Assembly (NCBI GenBank): GCA_052388375.1
Contig: JBQTIG010000081.1
Coordinates: forward strand, 20,215-84,214
Direction of reading: 5' to 3'
Length of the DNA stretch: 64,000 bases
DNA from: Planctomycetaceae bacterium
GTDB taxonomy: Bacteria > Planctomycetota > PLA2
The notes under the pieces were generated by a model, which was given only the letters and a program-made list of their open reading frames with translations, was not told the origin of the DNA and did not search any database. A program made the position numbers and the translations under genes. Numbering within the stretch: position 1 is the first letter of the stretch; each line of letters starts with the position of its first letter. Shown piece after piece: positions 45,929-56,200 of the stretch.

Positions 45929-46567
45929 ATGCTTGCCTTCGACCCGCACCCGCTCCTCGACGCCGCGGCCCTCCTCGCCGCGTTCCCCGCACCCCTCCCC
46001 GCGATTCCCTCGCCCGCGTGGCTGCTCGCCCTTCTGGCGGCCGGCGCGGAGGCGCCGCTCTCGAGCGACGACGCCGTGCGTTCCGCGGTGCGCGATCTGC
46101 TGCGCCACGACGGGCACAAGCCGACCGGGCGCGGCAAGCCCTCCTCGGAGTACCTCCTGCGCGCCGCGGCGGAGGGCGCGCTCCGGCCCATCAACGCGGC
46201 GGTGGACCTCGGCAACGCCGTCTCGCTCCACTCCGGCCTGCCGGTTTCGGGGATCGATCTCGACGCCGCGGCGCCGCCGCTGCGCGTGCGGCTGGGCGTG
46301 GCGGGGGAGCGCTACGTCTTCAATGCCTCGGGCCAGGAGATCGACGTGACCGGCCTCCCCTGCCTCTGCGACGCCGCCGGCCCCTGCGCCAACGCGGTGA
46401 AGGATGCGCAGCGCACCAAGACCTCCGCCGCGACGACCCGCACGCTCTTCCTCGTCTGGGGGACCACGGCGCTCCCGGGCCGAACGGCGCGGGCCTGCGA
46501 CTGGCTGCGCGCGCTCCTCGAACGCGCCGGGGCCGCTACCAGCCGTTGCGATGCACCAGGTCCTTGA
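45929..46567 (+). CDS. B3/B4 tRNA-binding domain protein (PheT-related, editing-domain-like)
   Basis: MLAFDPHPLLD...HDGHKPTGRGKPSSEYLLRAAAEGALRPINAAVDLGNAVSLHSGLPVSGIDLD. An alternative start at ATG 45863 would overlap the trmB start divergently. Confidence 0.5.
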   Translation: MLAFDPHPLLDAAALLAAFPAPLPAIPSPAWLLALLAAGAEAPLSSDDAVRSAVRDLLRHDGHKPTGRGKPSSEYLLRAAAEGALRPINAAVDLGNAVSLHSGLPVSGIDLDAAAPPLRVRLGVAGERYVFNASGQEIDVTGLPCLCDAAGPCANAVKDAQRTKTSAATTRTLFLVWGTTALPGRTARACDWLRALLERAGAATSRCDAPGP

Positions 46568-47252
46568 GATCCAGGCGCGTCTTCACGAGCGTGCCGGGAG
46601 CGGGGCGGCCCACCGGGATCACGACCGGCACGATCCGGCTGCGGGGGATGCCGAGTGCGCGCCGCACGCGCCGCTCGTCGAACCCTTCCATCGGCACCGT
46701 CCCCAGCCCCGCCGCCTGCGCCGCGAGCATGAAGTTCATCGCGGCGAGCATCACCTGCTTGGTAAGCCAGAAGCTCGGGTTCACCGCGGGCATCGCGGGC
46801 ACCGGCTTGAAGAGCGCGGCGATGGGCAGGAGCGTCGCCTTCCAGAGAAAGCCCATCCCGAACGGCCCGCGCCGAAAAGCAAGCCCGACGAGATCGCGCA
46901 GCCGTCCCGCGTACTTCTCGCTGGTGGCGCCCGCCGCGAGATCCATGGCGAGCACCCTCTCGAAGTTGTTGGCGAAGACGCCGGTGTCCCCGGTGAAGAC
47001 CACCGTCGCGGGGGCCTGGAGCACCTGCTTCTGGAACAAGCAGGCCTTGTGCAGCTTCTCCTTGAGCCCGGGATCCTCCACGACGACGAACTGGGTGGGT
47101 TGGAGGTTGTAGCCCGAGGGGGCCCAGCGCGCCGCCTCCAGCAGGCGGTCGACGAGCCCGTCGGGGAGCGGATCGGGCAGGAAGGCGCGGACGGCGCGCC
47201 GGCTCCGGGCGAGGTCGAGGAAGGAATCGAGGGAGGGGGGCGGGGGCGCGTC
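46536..47252 (-). CDS. Nitroreductase-family protein (start codon unresolved)
   Basis: The frame reads ...SLDSFLDLARSRRAVRAFLPDPLPDGLVDRLLEAARWAPSGYNLQPTQFVVVEDP... and continues with nitroreductase-fold motifs. No ATG/GTG/TTG is found in frame before the upstream stop near 47330. The N-terminal region runs through G5-G9 homopolymer tracts. The ORF-track start (GTG at 47081) truncates the conserved domain. Confidence 0.55.
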   Translation of the reverse strand, partial: DAPPPPSLDSFLDLARSRRAVRAFLPDPLPDGLVDRLLEAARWAPSGYNLQPTQFVVVEDPGLKEKLHKACLFQKQVLQAPATVVFTGDTGVFANNFERVLAMDLAAGATSEKYAGRLRDLVGLAFRRGPFGMGFLWKATLLPIAALFKPVPAMPAVNPSFWLTKQVMLAAMNFMLAAQAAGLGTVPMEGFDERRVRRALGIPRSRIVPVVIPVGRPAPGTLVKTRLDLKDLVHRNGW

Positions 47253-47393
47253 CTTCGCCCCAACCCTAGGCCAGGGGGGGGGTGGAAAGCGAGCTTTGGC
47301 GGCGGGTTGCGGGGCGCGGCGCTACCATGGGGGCTCGGGGGGATCCATGCGGCCGGCGACGTCGAGGACCAGCGGTCGAGGGAGGGCGGCGTC

Positions 47394-48821
47394 ATGATCG
47401 CCCTCCTCATCGTTTCCCTGCTGGTGCAGATCGCCGCCGCGCTCATGGCGGTCCGCCTCGTGCGGGTCACCGGCCGTTGGCTCGCCTGGCTGCTGATCGC
47501 GAGCGCGCTCGGCTTCATGGCGGTGCGCCGCGCCATCACGCTCCAGGGAGTGGTCGCCGGCGGCAAGCAGACCGATTCCTCCGCCGAATTCGTGGCCCTG
47601 GCCATCTCGGCGCTGATGCTGGCGGGCATCGCCTGGATCGGGCCGCTTTTCCGGGCCGTACGGCGCGCCGAAGAGGAGGTGCGCCAGGTTCTCGAGGCCG
47701 CGCCGGACGCGATGATCATCGCCGACCGGCAGGACCGCGTCGCGCTTGCCAACGCGCAGGCGCTGCGGCTCTTCGGCTACACCCGCGAGGAGATGATGGG
47801 CATGGATGTGGCCGCGCTCATGCCGGAGCGCTACCGCGCGCGCCACACGGAACGGCGCGCCACGTTCCACGAGCGCGGCCGCCCGCGGGTGCTCGGCACC
47901 GAAGCGGCGGTCCACGGCCTCCGCAAGGACGGCACGGAGTTTCCGGCCGAGGTGAGCGTGAGCCCGCTCCTCACGCCGCAAGGGCCGGTCGTGGTGAGCA
48001 CGATCCGCGACGGCTCCGAGCGGCGCATGGCGGAGCAGGCGCTGCAGGCGAGCGAGGCGCGTTACCGCAGCCTGCTCGACGACGTCCTGGACGGCTCCTC
48101 GGTGGGCGTCTGCATTCTCGACGAGGCGCTCCACGTGGTCTGGGTCAATCGAGCCTACGCGAGCTTTTTCGGCCTGCGACGGGAGGAGATCATCGGGCGC
48201 GCCGCGGTCCCCTTGGCCCGCGAGAGCCTGGCGCCGCTCCTGAAGGAGCCGCAGGCGTTCCTCGACGCCCTCCTTCCTTCCTACGCCTCGGGCGCGCCGG
48301 CCTCCTTCGAATGCCACGTGCTCGCCGGGGAGGAGCGGTGGGAGCGCTGGTTGGCGCACTGGAGCCGGCCGATCGAGGCCGGGCTCTATCGCGGCGGGCG
48401 GATCGAGCAGGTCGTCGACGTCACCGAGCGAAAGCAGGCCGAACTGCGGCTGAGCCAGTTCCTCCACATCGCGCGCGACATGCAGATCGGCCTCGTGGTC
48501 TACCGTCTCGAGGCCTCCGACGACGATCGCTCCCTGCGCATCCGCGTCGTCAATCCCGAAGCGGAGCGGCTCCTGGGGATCCGCGCGGACGCGCTGCTGG
48601 GCAAGACGATCGATCAGGCGTTCCCGCACCTCCGCGACCAGGGGATTCCGCGGCTCTTGGCCGACGTGCTGCGCACGGGGCAGGCGCAGAACGTGGAGCA
48701 GTTCTCCTACGGGGACGCGCGGGTGGAGCGCGGACTCTGGTCCTTCAAGGCGTTTCCGCTCCCGGACCAGTCCGTCGGGGTCGTCTTCGATCGCACGGGA
48801 CGTGCCGGAGGCGGCGCCTGA
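47394..48821 (+). CDS. Membrane-anchored triple-PAS sensor protein without a recognisable output domain
   Basis: ATG 47394, MIALLIVSLLVQIAAALMAVRLV. Two TM helices then three PAS-like modules (LEAAPDAMIIADRQDRVALANAQALRLFGYTREEMMG...; SEARYRSLLDDVLDGSSVGVCILD...; a third around IARDMQIGLVVYRL). There is no kinase, GGDEF, EAL or HTH. Confidence 0.65.
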   Translation: MIALLIVSLLVQIAAALMAVRLVRVTGRWLAWLLIASALGFMAVRRAITLQGVVAGGKQTDSSAEFVALAISALMLAGIAWIGPLFRAVRRAEEEVRQVLEAAPDAMIIADRQDRVALANAQALRLFGYTREEMMGMDVAALMPERYRARHTERRATFHERGRPRVLGTEAAVHGLRKDGTEFPAEVSVSPLLTPQGPVVVSTIRDGSERRMAEQALQASEARYRSLLDDVLDGSSVGVCILDEALHVVWVNRAYASFFGLRREEIIGRAAVPLARESLAPLLKEPQAFLDALLPSYASGAPASFECHVLAGEERWERWLAHWSRPIEAGLYRGGRIEQVVDVTERKQAELRLSQFLHIARDMQIGLVVYRLEASDDDRSLRIRVVNPEAERLLGIRADALLGKTIDQAFPHLRDQGIPRLLADVLRTGQAQNVEQFSYGDARVERGLWSFKAFPLPDQSVGVVFDRTGRAGGGA

Positions 48822-48829
48822 CGGCTCGG

Positions 48830-48858
48830 TCCCGCGCGTGGCCGCCGCGCGCGCGGGC
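48830..48858. terminator. GC hairpin (cccgcgcg-tggccgc-cgcgcgcggg) between convergent PAS-sensor and kbl genes
   Basis: Inverted repeat seen directly in the sequence. Confidence 0.45.
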
Positions 48859-48861
48859 GGG

Positions 48862-50055
48862 TCACTTCACCACGCCGTGCAGGCGGCCCACCTTGGCGAA
48901 GGCGGCCACGGCGCGATCGATCTGGTCCGGCTCGTGGGCGGCGGAGATCTGAACGCGGATGCGCGCCTGACCCTTGGGTACGACGGGATAGCTGAACCCG
49001 ATCACGTAGATGCCCTCGGCCAGGAGATCCTTGGCCATGGCGTGGGCCAGACGCTCGTCGTAGAGCATGATGGGAACGATGGGGGTGACCCCCTTCACCT
49101 CGAATCCCGCGGCGGCGATCTTGCTCCGGAACCGCACGGTGTTCGACTTCAGCTTCGCCACGAGATCGCCCGTCTCCGAGAGGAGGCGCAGGCACTCCAG
49201 CGCCGCGCCGGCGATGGGGGGCGGGATCGTGTTGGAGAAGAGGTAGGGGCGCGAGCGGTTGCGAAGCAGCTCGACGAGATCGGCGCGCGAGGCCGTGAAG
49301 CCGCCGCTGGCGCCGCCCAGGGCCTTGCCCAGGGTGGAGGTGAGGATGTCGACCCGCCCCTGGACGCCGCAGTGCTCGGGGGTGCCGCGTCCGGTGGCCC
49401 CCAGGAACCCGGTGGCGTGGGAGTCGTCGACCAGCACCATCGCCTCGTGCCGTTCGGCGACGGCGCAGATCTCCGCGAGGGGCGCGACGTTTCCGTCCAT
49501 GGAGTAGACGCCGTCGGTGGCGATGAGCACGCGCCGGGCGCCCCCGGCCCGCGCCTCCTTCACTTTCGCCGCGCAATCGGCGGGATCGGCGCTCTGGTAG
49601 CGGAAGCGCGCCGCCTTGCAGAGCCGGATGCCGTCGATGAGCGAGGCGTGGTTGAGCGCGTCGCTCACCACCGCGTCCTGCTCGCCGAGGAGGATCTCGA
49701 AGAGCCCTCCGTTGGCGTCCCAGCAGGAGCTGTAGAGGATGGCGTCCTCGTGGCCGAGGAAGGCCGCGAGCGCCCGCTCGAGGTCCTTGTGCAGCGTCTG
49801 GGTTCCGCAGATGAAGCGCACCGAGGAGAGTCCGTAGCCGAACTCGTCGAGGGCCTTGTGGGCCGCGGCGACGACCCGGGGATGGCTCGAGAGTCCCAGG
49901 TAGTTGTTGGCGCAGAAGTTGAGCACCTCGCGCCCGCCCTGGACGCGGATGCGCGCCCCCTGCGGACCGGCGAGGATGCGCTCCTCCTTGGCGAGCCCCG
50001 CCTCGCGGATGGCATCGAGCTCCTTGCGGATGTCGTCGCGCACGCTTCCGTACAT
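48862..50055 (-). CDS. kbl: 2-amino-3-ketobutyrate CoA ligase (glycine C-acetyltransferase)
   Basis: 397 aa, collinear with E. coli Kbl over the whole length ([60 protein letters not shown]). Confidence 0.9.
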   Translation of the reverse strand: MYGSVRDDIRKELDAIREAGLAKEERILAGPQGARIRVQGGREVLNFCANNYLGLSSHPRVVAAAHKALDEFGYGLSSVRFICGTQTLHKDLERALAAFLGHEDAILYSSCWDANGGLFEILLGEQDAVVSDALNHASLIDGIRLCKAARFRYQSADPADCAAKVKEARAGGARRVLIATDGVYSMDGNVAPLAEICAVAERHEAMVLVDDSHATGFLGATGRGTPEHCGVQGRVDILTSTLGKALGGASGGFTASRADLVELLRNRSRPYLFSNTIPPPIAGAALECLRLLSETGDLVAKLKSNTVRFRSKIAAAGFEVKGVTPIVPIMLYDERLAHAMAKDLLAEGIYVIGFSYPVVPKGQARIRVQISAAHEPDQIDRAVAAFAKVGRLHGVVK

Positions 50056-50140
50056 GGAAGCAGTGTGCCATGCACGGCGGGGAGGCGGAAGTCGTCCCCA
50101 CCGATCGGCCGGGCCGCCGGGGACGGGCCCTCACGTCCGG

Positions 50141-50740
50141 CTACGCGAACCGCTTGGCGACGGCGTCCCAGTCGACGACGTTCCACCAGGCGGCCAGGTA
50201 GTCCGCGCGGCGGTTCTGGTAGTGCAGGTAGTAGGCGTGCTCCCAGACATCCACTCCGAAGACCGGTGTCTTTCCCTCCATGAGGGGGTTGTCCTGGTTG
50301 GCGGTGCTGGTGATCTCGAGCTTGCCCTGATGCTTGACGAGCCAGGCCCAACCGGAGCCGAAGCGGCCCATGCCCGCCGCCGCGAAGAGCTCCTTGAACT
50401 TGGCGAAGCCGCCGAAGGTGGAGGCGATCGCGTCGCCCAGCGCGCCCTTCGGCTCGCCGCCCTTCTTGGGGCCCATGATCTGCCAGAACATGCCGTGGTT
50501 GAGGTGGCCGCCGCCGTTGTTGCGCACGGCCGTGCGGATCGCCTCGGGCACGGCGGTGAGGTTGGAGACCAGCTGCTCGATCGTCTTTTTCTGGAGGTCG
50601 GGGTGCGTCTCCAGCGCCTTGTTGAGATTCGTCACGTAGGCGGCGTGGTGCTTGCCATGGTGGATTTCCATCGTCTTCGCGTCGATGATGGGCTCGAGCG
50701 CGTTGAAGGCGTAGGGCAGTTTGGGAAGTTCGTGGGCCAT
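50141..50740 (-). CDS. Fe/Mn superoxide dismutase
   Basis: [36 protein letters not shown]...DVWEHAYYL. Confidence 0.92.
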   Translation of the reverse strand: MAHELPKLPYAFNALEPIIDAKTMEIHHGKHHAAYVTNLNKALETHPDLQKKTIEQLVSNLTAVPEAIRTAVRNNGGGHLNHGMFWQIMGPKKGGEPKGALGDAIASTFGGFAKFKELFAAAGMGRFGSGWAWLVKHQGKLEITSTANQDNPLMEGKTPVFGVDVWEHAYYLHYQNRRADYLAAWWNVVDWDAVAKRFA

Positions 50741-50757
50741 GGGGTGCTCCTTGATCC

Positions 50758-51927
50758 TCAGTGCTTCGGGTCCTCATTGTGAGGGGGGCGGGGGGGCGAA
50801 GCAAGCATCGCATCCAGGAGCGCCTCTCCATACTCCCGCACCCGGAAGGGTTCCAGGACCTCCCCCAATTCCGCCAGCGTGCGGCAGCCGCGCTGGGCAA
50901 CCTCGAAGAGCGCTTCGTTGCGCGCGACGACGAAGGGCTCCACGCCCCGCTCGGTGGCCGCCCGGGTGCGCCACGTCCTCAGCCGGTCGAAGCGGTTCTT
51001 CACCTCGCGGGAGGGCGGCTCCGACCGCTCGCGCCGCACGCGGGCGAGGGTGAGCGGCCCCGCGGCGAGGGCGGCGTCCACGATCCCGATGAAGCGACGG
51101 CCGTGCAGGTCCCAGACGCGGCGCGGGACGCCGCGCACCGGACCCTTGGCGCGGGCGCGCGCGACCGAGAGGAGCGCGGAGTCGTCGGCGATCCGGTAGG
51201 GGGCGCGGTTGGTCCGCTCCGCCTCCTTCTCGCGCCAGAAATAGAGGTCGCGCCAGATGCGCAGCTGCACGGGGTCGAGTTCCCGGGTGGCGGCGAGGCG
51301 GCGGAACGCCTCCGGATCGGGAGGCTCGGGGGTCCACTCCCGCGCCGCGATGCGCGCGCATTCCGAGGTCACCTCCTCGACGCGTCCCGCCTCGACGACC
51401 CGGCGGTGCAGCTCCTCGGCGAGGCTGAGCAGGTGGCGCGTGTCGGCCAGCGCGTATTCGAGCTGCGCGGGGTCGAGGGGACGGCGGCTCCAGTCGCTGC
51501 GCTGCAGCTTCTTGTCGAGCTTGAGACCAAATCGCGCCTCGAGGATGCCCGCCAGGGAGTAGGGCTTGAGCCCCAGGGCGAAGCAGGCCACCTGGGTGTC
51601 GAAGAGTCGTCCGATCCGCCAGCCGAACTGGTGCTTCATCAGGATCACGTCGTTTTCGGCGGCGTGGATGACGACCTCCCGCGCCGGGTCGGCCAGGAGC
51701 CGTCCCAGGGGCGCGAGATCGAGGCGGGCCAAAGGGTCCACGAGGAATTCCGCCTGCGGCGTCGAGAACTGCAGGAGGCAGACTCGCGCGCGATAGGCGA
51801 AATAGGCGTCGCTCTCCGTGTCGAGGGCCAACGCGGGAGCGCGCGCCAGCATTTCGACCGCGGCTGCAAGCGCGGCGTCGTTGTCGATGAGTCCGATCAA
51901 GCGCGCGATTATAGGGGGCCGAGGCAA
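50758..51927 (-). CDS. rnd: Ribonuclease D (3'-5' exonuclease plus HRDC domain)
   Basis: [23 protein letters not shown]... DEDDy exonuclease motifs followed by an HRDC-like region. Confidence 0.7.
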   Translation of the reverse strand: MPRPPIIARLIGLIDNDAALAAAVEMLARAPALALDTESDAYFAYRARVCLLQFSTPQAEFLVDPLARLDLAPLGRLLADPAREVVIHAAENDVILMKHQFGWRIGRLFDTQVACFALGLKPYSLAGILEARFGLKLDKKLQRSDWSRRPLDPAQLEYALADTRHLLSLAEELHRRVVEAGRVEEVTSECARIAAREWTPEPPDPEAFRRLAATRELDPVQLRIWRDLYFWREKEAERTNRAPYRIADDSALLSVARARAKGPVRGVPRRVWDLHGRRFIGIVDAALAAGPLTLARVRRERSEPPSREVKNRFDRLRTWRTRAATERGVEPFVVARNEALFEVAQRGCRTLAELGEVLEPFRVREYGEALLDAMLASPPRPPHNEDPKH

Positions 51928-52159
51928 CCCGAGAACTTCCTCGCCTCCGCGAGGCGGGATCGGGGCGTCCTCGGCCTCGAAAGAGATCTCCCGCGAGCGA
52001 AGCCAGCTCCTACCCCGAAGCCCTGACCCTCCCGAAAACTCGTCCGGACCCGGATTCTCGCCCTGCAGGCCACTTTCGCGAGTCTATCCCCGACGCGCTG
52101 CTTGCGCCAGCCCGCGAGCTAGGAACCCTCCGGCATGCGCTTCCTCCTCCAGCTCTTGC

Positions 52160-52410
52160 GCCTCGCGCGCGCCCTCGCCGCCGACCGCGCGCGCCTCTTC
52201 TTCACCCTGCCGACGCTGACGTTCTAGGCGCTCTTCGCGTGCGTCGTCCTGTCGCACGACCGGCGCCGCATCCTCCACGTCAACGTCACGAGGCACCCGA
52301 CCGCCGAGTGGACCGCGCAGCAGGTCACCGAGGCGTTCCCCGGCGACGCCCCGGTGCCGCGCTACATCCACTGCGACCGCGACTCCGTCTACGGCGACGT
52401 CTTCCGCTCG
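52160..52410 (+). pseudogene. Remnant of an rve (DDE integrase-core) type transposase with an in-frame TAG and truncated at both ends
   Basis: Translation gives ...ADRARLFFTLPTLTF*ALFACVVLSHDRRRILHVNVTRHPTAEWTAQQVTEAFPGDAPVPRYIHCDRDSVYGDVFRS. This is collinear with the conserved FFTVDTVTLRRLYVLFFIELxTRRVHLAGVTAHPT...RDRDxKYG block of integrase-core transposases. The TAG at about 52225 replaces the conserved Arg codon. Confidence 0.6.
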
Positions 52411-52711
52411 CCCCGCGCGCGTTCCGGAACCGCCGTTCCCGGTCATCGTCGCGCCCGCGCGCGAAGCCCCCGAGTCCGCCACGGTCCGCCCGCGCCGCGC
52501 GCGAGCGCCCCGCGGCGCTTCCGCGGAAGCGCCGCACCACCTCCGAATCTTCGCCCTCAGCCCGCTCCTGACCCAGGGATCACCCCTGCGGCCCGCGCGG
52601 ACGGGCTTGGCCGGCCAGTCCTTCCACCAGCCGGATGCGTTACGATTCCTTACTCTGCCTGCCGGGGCAGCCGACGCGATAAGATCGGGGCCACCAAGCG
52701 AAATCTCCCGC

Positions 52712-53266
52712 ATGGCAGGCCCGATCACGCAGGTCCTCCTCGACGTGCAGCGCGGCACCCCCGGCGCGCGCGATGAGCTGTTTCGGCTCTCGTACGAGGC
52801 GCTGAAGCGGCTCGCCAACGCGCAGATGCGCGACCAGCCGCAGGGGCACACGCTCCAGCCGACCGCGCTCGTCAACGAGGCATGCCTCAGGCTCCTCGGG
52901 AGCAGCGCGGAGGTCTACCGTGACCGCGGCGTCTTCTTCTCGGTCGCGTCGAAGGCGATGAGGTCGATCCTCGTCGACTGGGCGCGCGCGAAGGGCGCGC
53001 TCAAGCGGGGCGGTCCGCGCGCGCAGGTCACCTGGCGCGAGGACCTCGCGACCTGGGCGCCGTCGGCCGAGGAGGTGCTGTCGGTCCACGACGCGCTCGA
53101 GAAGCTCGAGGGGATCGACCCGTCGCTCGCGAGGGTCGTGGACCTCCGCTTCTTCGCCGGCCTCTCGGCGGCGGAGGCCGCGTGCGCCATGGAGGTGAGC
53201 GAGCGCCACCTCTTCTCGCTCTGGGAGCACGCGCGGGCCTGGCTCTTCCGGGAGCTGCACGCGTGA
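52712..53266 (+). CDS. ECF-type RNA polymerase sigma factor of the Ser/Thr-kinase-associated group (TIGR02999-like)
   Basis: MAGPITQVLLDVQRGTPGARDELFRLSYEALKRLA...LQPTALVNEACLRL... C-terminal region-4 HTH. Its stop TGA (53264-53266) overlaps the GTG of the kinase gene. Confidence 0.7.
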   Translation: MAGPITQVLLDVQRGTPGARDELFRLSYEALKRLANAQMRDQPQGHTLQPTALVNEACLRLLGSSAEVYRDRGVFFSVASKAMRSILVDWARAKGALKRGGPRAQVTWREDLATWAPSAEEVLSVHDALEKLEGIDPSLARVVDLRFFAGLSAAEAACAMEVSERHLFSLWEHARAWLFRELHA

Positions 53267-56200
53267 ACGCGGAGCGGGTGCGGGAGGTGATGGAGGGGGC
53301 GCTCGCACGCGACACCGACGAGATCCCGCGCTTTCTCGACGAGAGCTGCGGTCCGGACGCAGAGCTCCGGGCCGACGTGGAGTCGCTGCTCGCGGCGCGC
53401 AAGCGGATGGGCCGCTACCTCGAAATGCCCGCCGCAGCGGCGCTCGCGCGCGACGCGGAGCTCGCCCCCGGCCAGCGCGTCGGCGGCTACGAGATCCTCG
53501 GCGTGATCGGCCGCGGCGGCAGCGGCGTCGTCTACCGCGCGCGCCAGAAGAGCCCCGATCGCGTCGTCGCCCTCAAGACGTTGCGGCTGCGGCTCGGAGG
53601 CGACGAGGCACGCTTCCTCGATGAGACGCAGACGCTGGCCCGCTTCCGGCATCCGGCGATCGCGCACATCTACGAGGCGGGGGTGCACGAGGGCGTGCCC
53701 TTCTTCTCGATGGAATTCGTGGAGGGCCCTGGAACCATCGTGGACTACGCGCTGGCGCACGGGCTCGACGCGCGAGCGCGGCTCGAGCTCCTCGCGCGGG
53801 TCGCGGACGGTGTCCACTACGGCCACCAGCGCGGCGTCATCCACTGCGACCTCAAACCGGGGAACATCCTCGTCGGCGACGACGGGGCGCCGCGGATCGT
53901 GGACTTCGGGATTGCGCGCACCGGCGTCATGAACGAGGGCGACACCGAGCTCAGGGGCACGCTCCGGTACATGAGCCCGGAGCAGTGCCAGGGCGGCGCG
54001 GAGCCTGTGGACGTGCGCTCCGACGTCTACGCGCTCGGCGTCGTCCTCTACGAGCTGCTCACCGGCCGCCTGCCGATCGACGTCTCCTCGGGGTCGATCA
54101 CGCAAGCGCGCCGGCGGATCCTCGGCGAGGCGCCCGTCCGCATCGAGAGCGTCGCGCCGCGGTTCAGGGGCGACGTCGCCGCGATCGTGCACAAGGCGCT
54201 TGAGAAGGACCGCGAACGGCGCTACGCGTCGGCTGCGGCGCTGGCGGACGATCTCCGCCGCCACCTGACCGACCGGGTGGTCGAGGCCGCCCCCGCGGGC
54301 GTCTGGGTGCAGGTCCGGAAGTTCGCGAGGCGCCAGCGCCTCGCCTTCCTCTCGTTCGCGACCCTGGGCGTCGTCCTCGCAGCGGCGGCCGCCGTGAGCA
54401 GCTGGCTCGCAGTCGAGTACCGCGACCAGCGGACCGCGGCGCAGTATGAGGCGTACCTCGCCAACGTCGCGGCCGCCGCGGCGGCGCTCGAGGGAGGCGA
54501 CGTCGGCGAGGCCACGCTGCGCCTCGACCACGCGCGCGAGGCCTTTCGGGGATGGGAGTGGCACCACCTCCGAAGCAGGCTCGACACGAGCGTGGCGACG
54601 GTCGAGTGGCCCGGCGTCGGGATCGGGGGGGGCGCGCTCAGCGCGGACGGGCGGACGCTCGTGGCCGCGGCCGGAGCCCTTCGCGCGTGGGAGCTGGCCG
54701 CCGAGCGCGTGTTGTTCACCGTCCCGAGGGAGCCGGGGCGCCGCGCCGACGTCGTCGCCCTCTCGCCGGACGGCCAGCGGATCGTCACGGGGTACGGCAG
54801 CGGGCGGGTCGATGTCCGAAGCGCGCGGACCGGGGAGGTCCTCGCGGTCGCGGGGCGACACGAGAAGCAGGTGAGCATGGTGTCGTTCCACCCCGACGGA
54901 ACGCGCTTCGCTTCGGCGGCGTACGACGGCACGGTCCGGATTTCCGACGCTGCGACCGGCGCCTTGCTCGCCACGATTCGCGCCCATCCCGGCGTGCTGC
55001 TCGCGGTCCGTTACGACCGGACGGGCACGCGGATCGCGACCGGCGGGGACGACGGCCGCGCGCGCGTGTTCGCGGCCGACTCGGGCGAGCCGCTCGCGTT
55101 ACTCTCCGGACACGAGAGCCACGTCGAGGACGTTGCCTTCAGTCCGGACGGCAAGAGGCTCGTGTCGGCGTCGATGGACCAGACGCTCCGGCTGTGGGAC
55201 ATCGCCTCCTCTACGATGCTCGCGGTGCGCCCGGCGCACAAGAGCGGGGTCAAGGGCGTTGCGTGGAGCCCGGACGGCCGGACGATCGCGAGCTGCTCCA
55301 TCGACAGCACCGTCCGCCTCTGGAACGCGGACGACCTCTCGGCGATCGCGACCTATCGGGGACACCGGGCGCGCGTCTACCAGGTGGAGTACGCGACGGA
55401 CGGCGCGCGGATCGCGTCGTTTTCGGGGGACGGGACCGTCAGGCTCTGGGATGTCGCCAGGAGTGACGATGTCCCTTGGCTCAAGAGCCGCGGAGGCCGC
55501 GTCGGCGCCCTCGCGTTCTCGTCCGACGGCGAGCTCGTGGCTCTTGCCGCAGCGAACGGATCGATCGAGCTCTGGAGCGCCTCCTCGGGCGCGCTGGTCC
55601 GGACGCTCGCAGGCGGCGCGCCCGCGTCAGCCGTTCGGTTCCTGGACGGGTCGCGCCGCGTCGTGGCCATCCTTCCGCGCAAGGTCGCCTCCTGGACCGT
55701 CGAGAACGGGGCGGCCGAGCCCCAGCGCGCCGTGTCCGTCGACCTCCACGGCGCCCTGATCGCGGCGGACGGACGAATCGTCGCCTGGCACGAGGGCGAC
55801 GTGCTGGAGCTCGACGCCGCGACAGGCGCGGTGCTCTCGCGCTGGAACGCGCACTCGGAACCCGTACGCGCCGCGGCCCTTCATGAGGGTCGGGGCTGGC
55901 TCGTGACCGTCTCCCTCTCGGGCGAGGTCCGGCTCTGGCACCGGTCGGGGGGAGATCCGGTCGCGATGGTTTCGGTGCCCGACGCGAGAGCGCCCACGCT
56001 CGCATTCCATCCGGACGGAGAGCTGGTCGTCGTCGGGTTCGCGAACGGCACTGCAACGCTTCTCTCCGTCCCCGGCCTCGCGACCAAGGCCACGTTCGTC
56101 ACGGGCTCGCAGCTCCAGGTCGTGGAGTTCTCCCCCGACGGCAGCCGCCTCGCTGCTTGCTCTGGGGACGGGACGTTCCAGCTCTGGGACCCCTCGACCG

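Noticed and set aside
50056-50140. Weak inverted repeat cgtcccc...ggggacg between kbl and sod
   Set aside because: The loop is about 19 nt and the stem only 7 bp. That is not convincing as a terminator.
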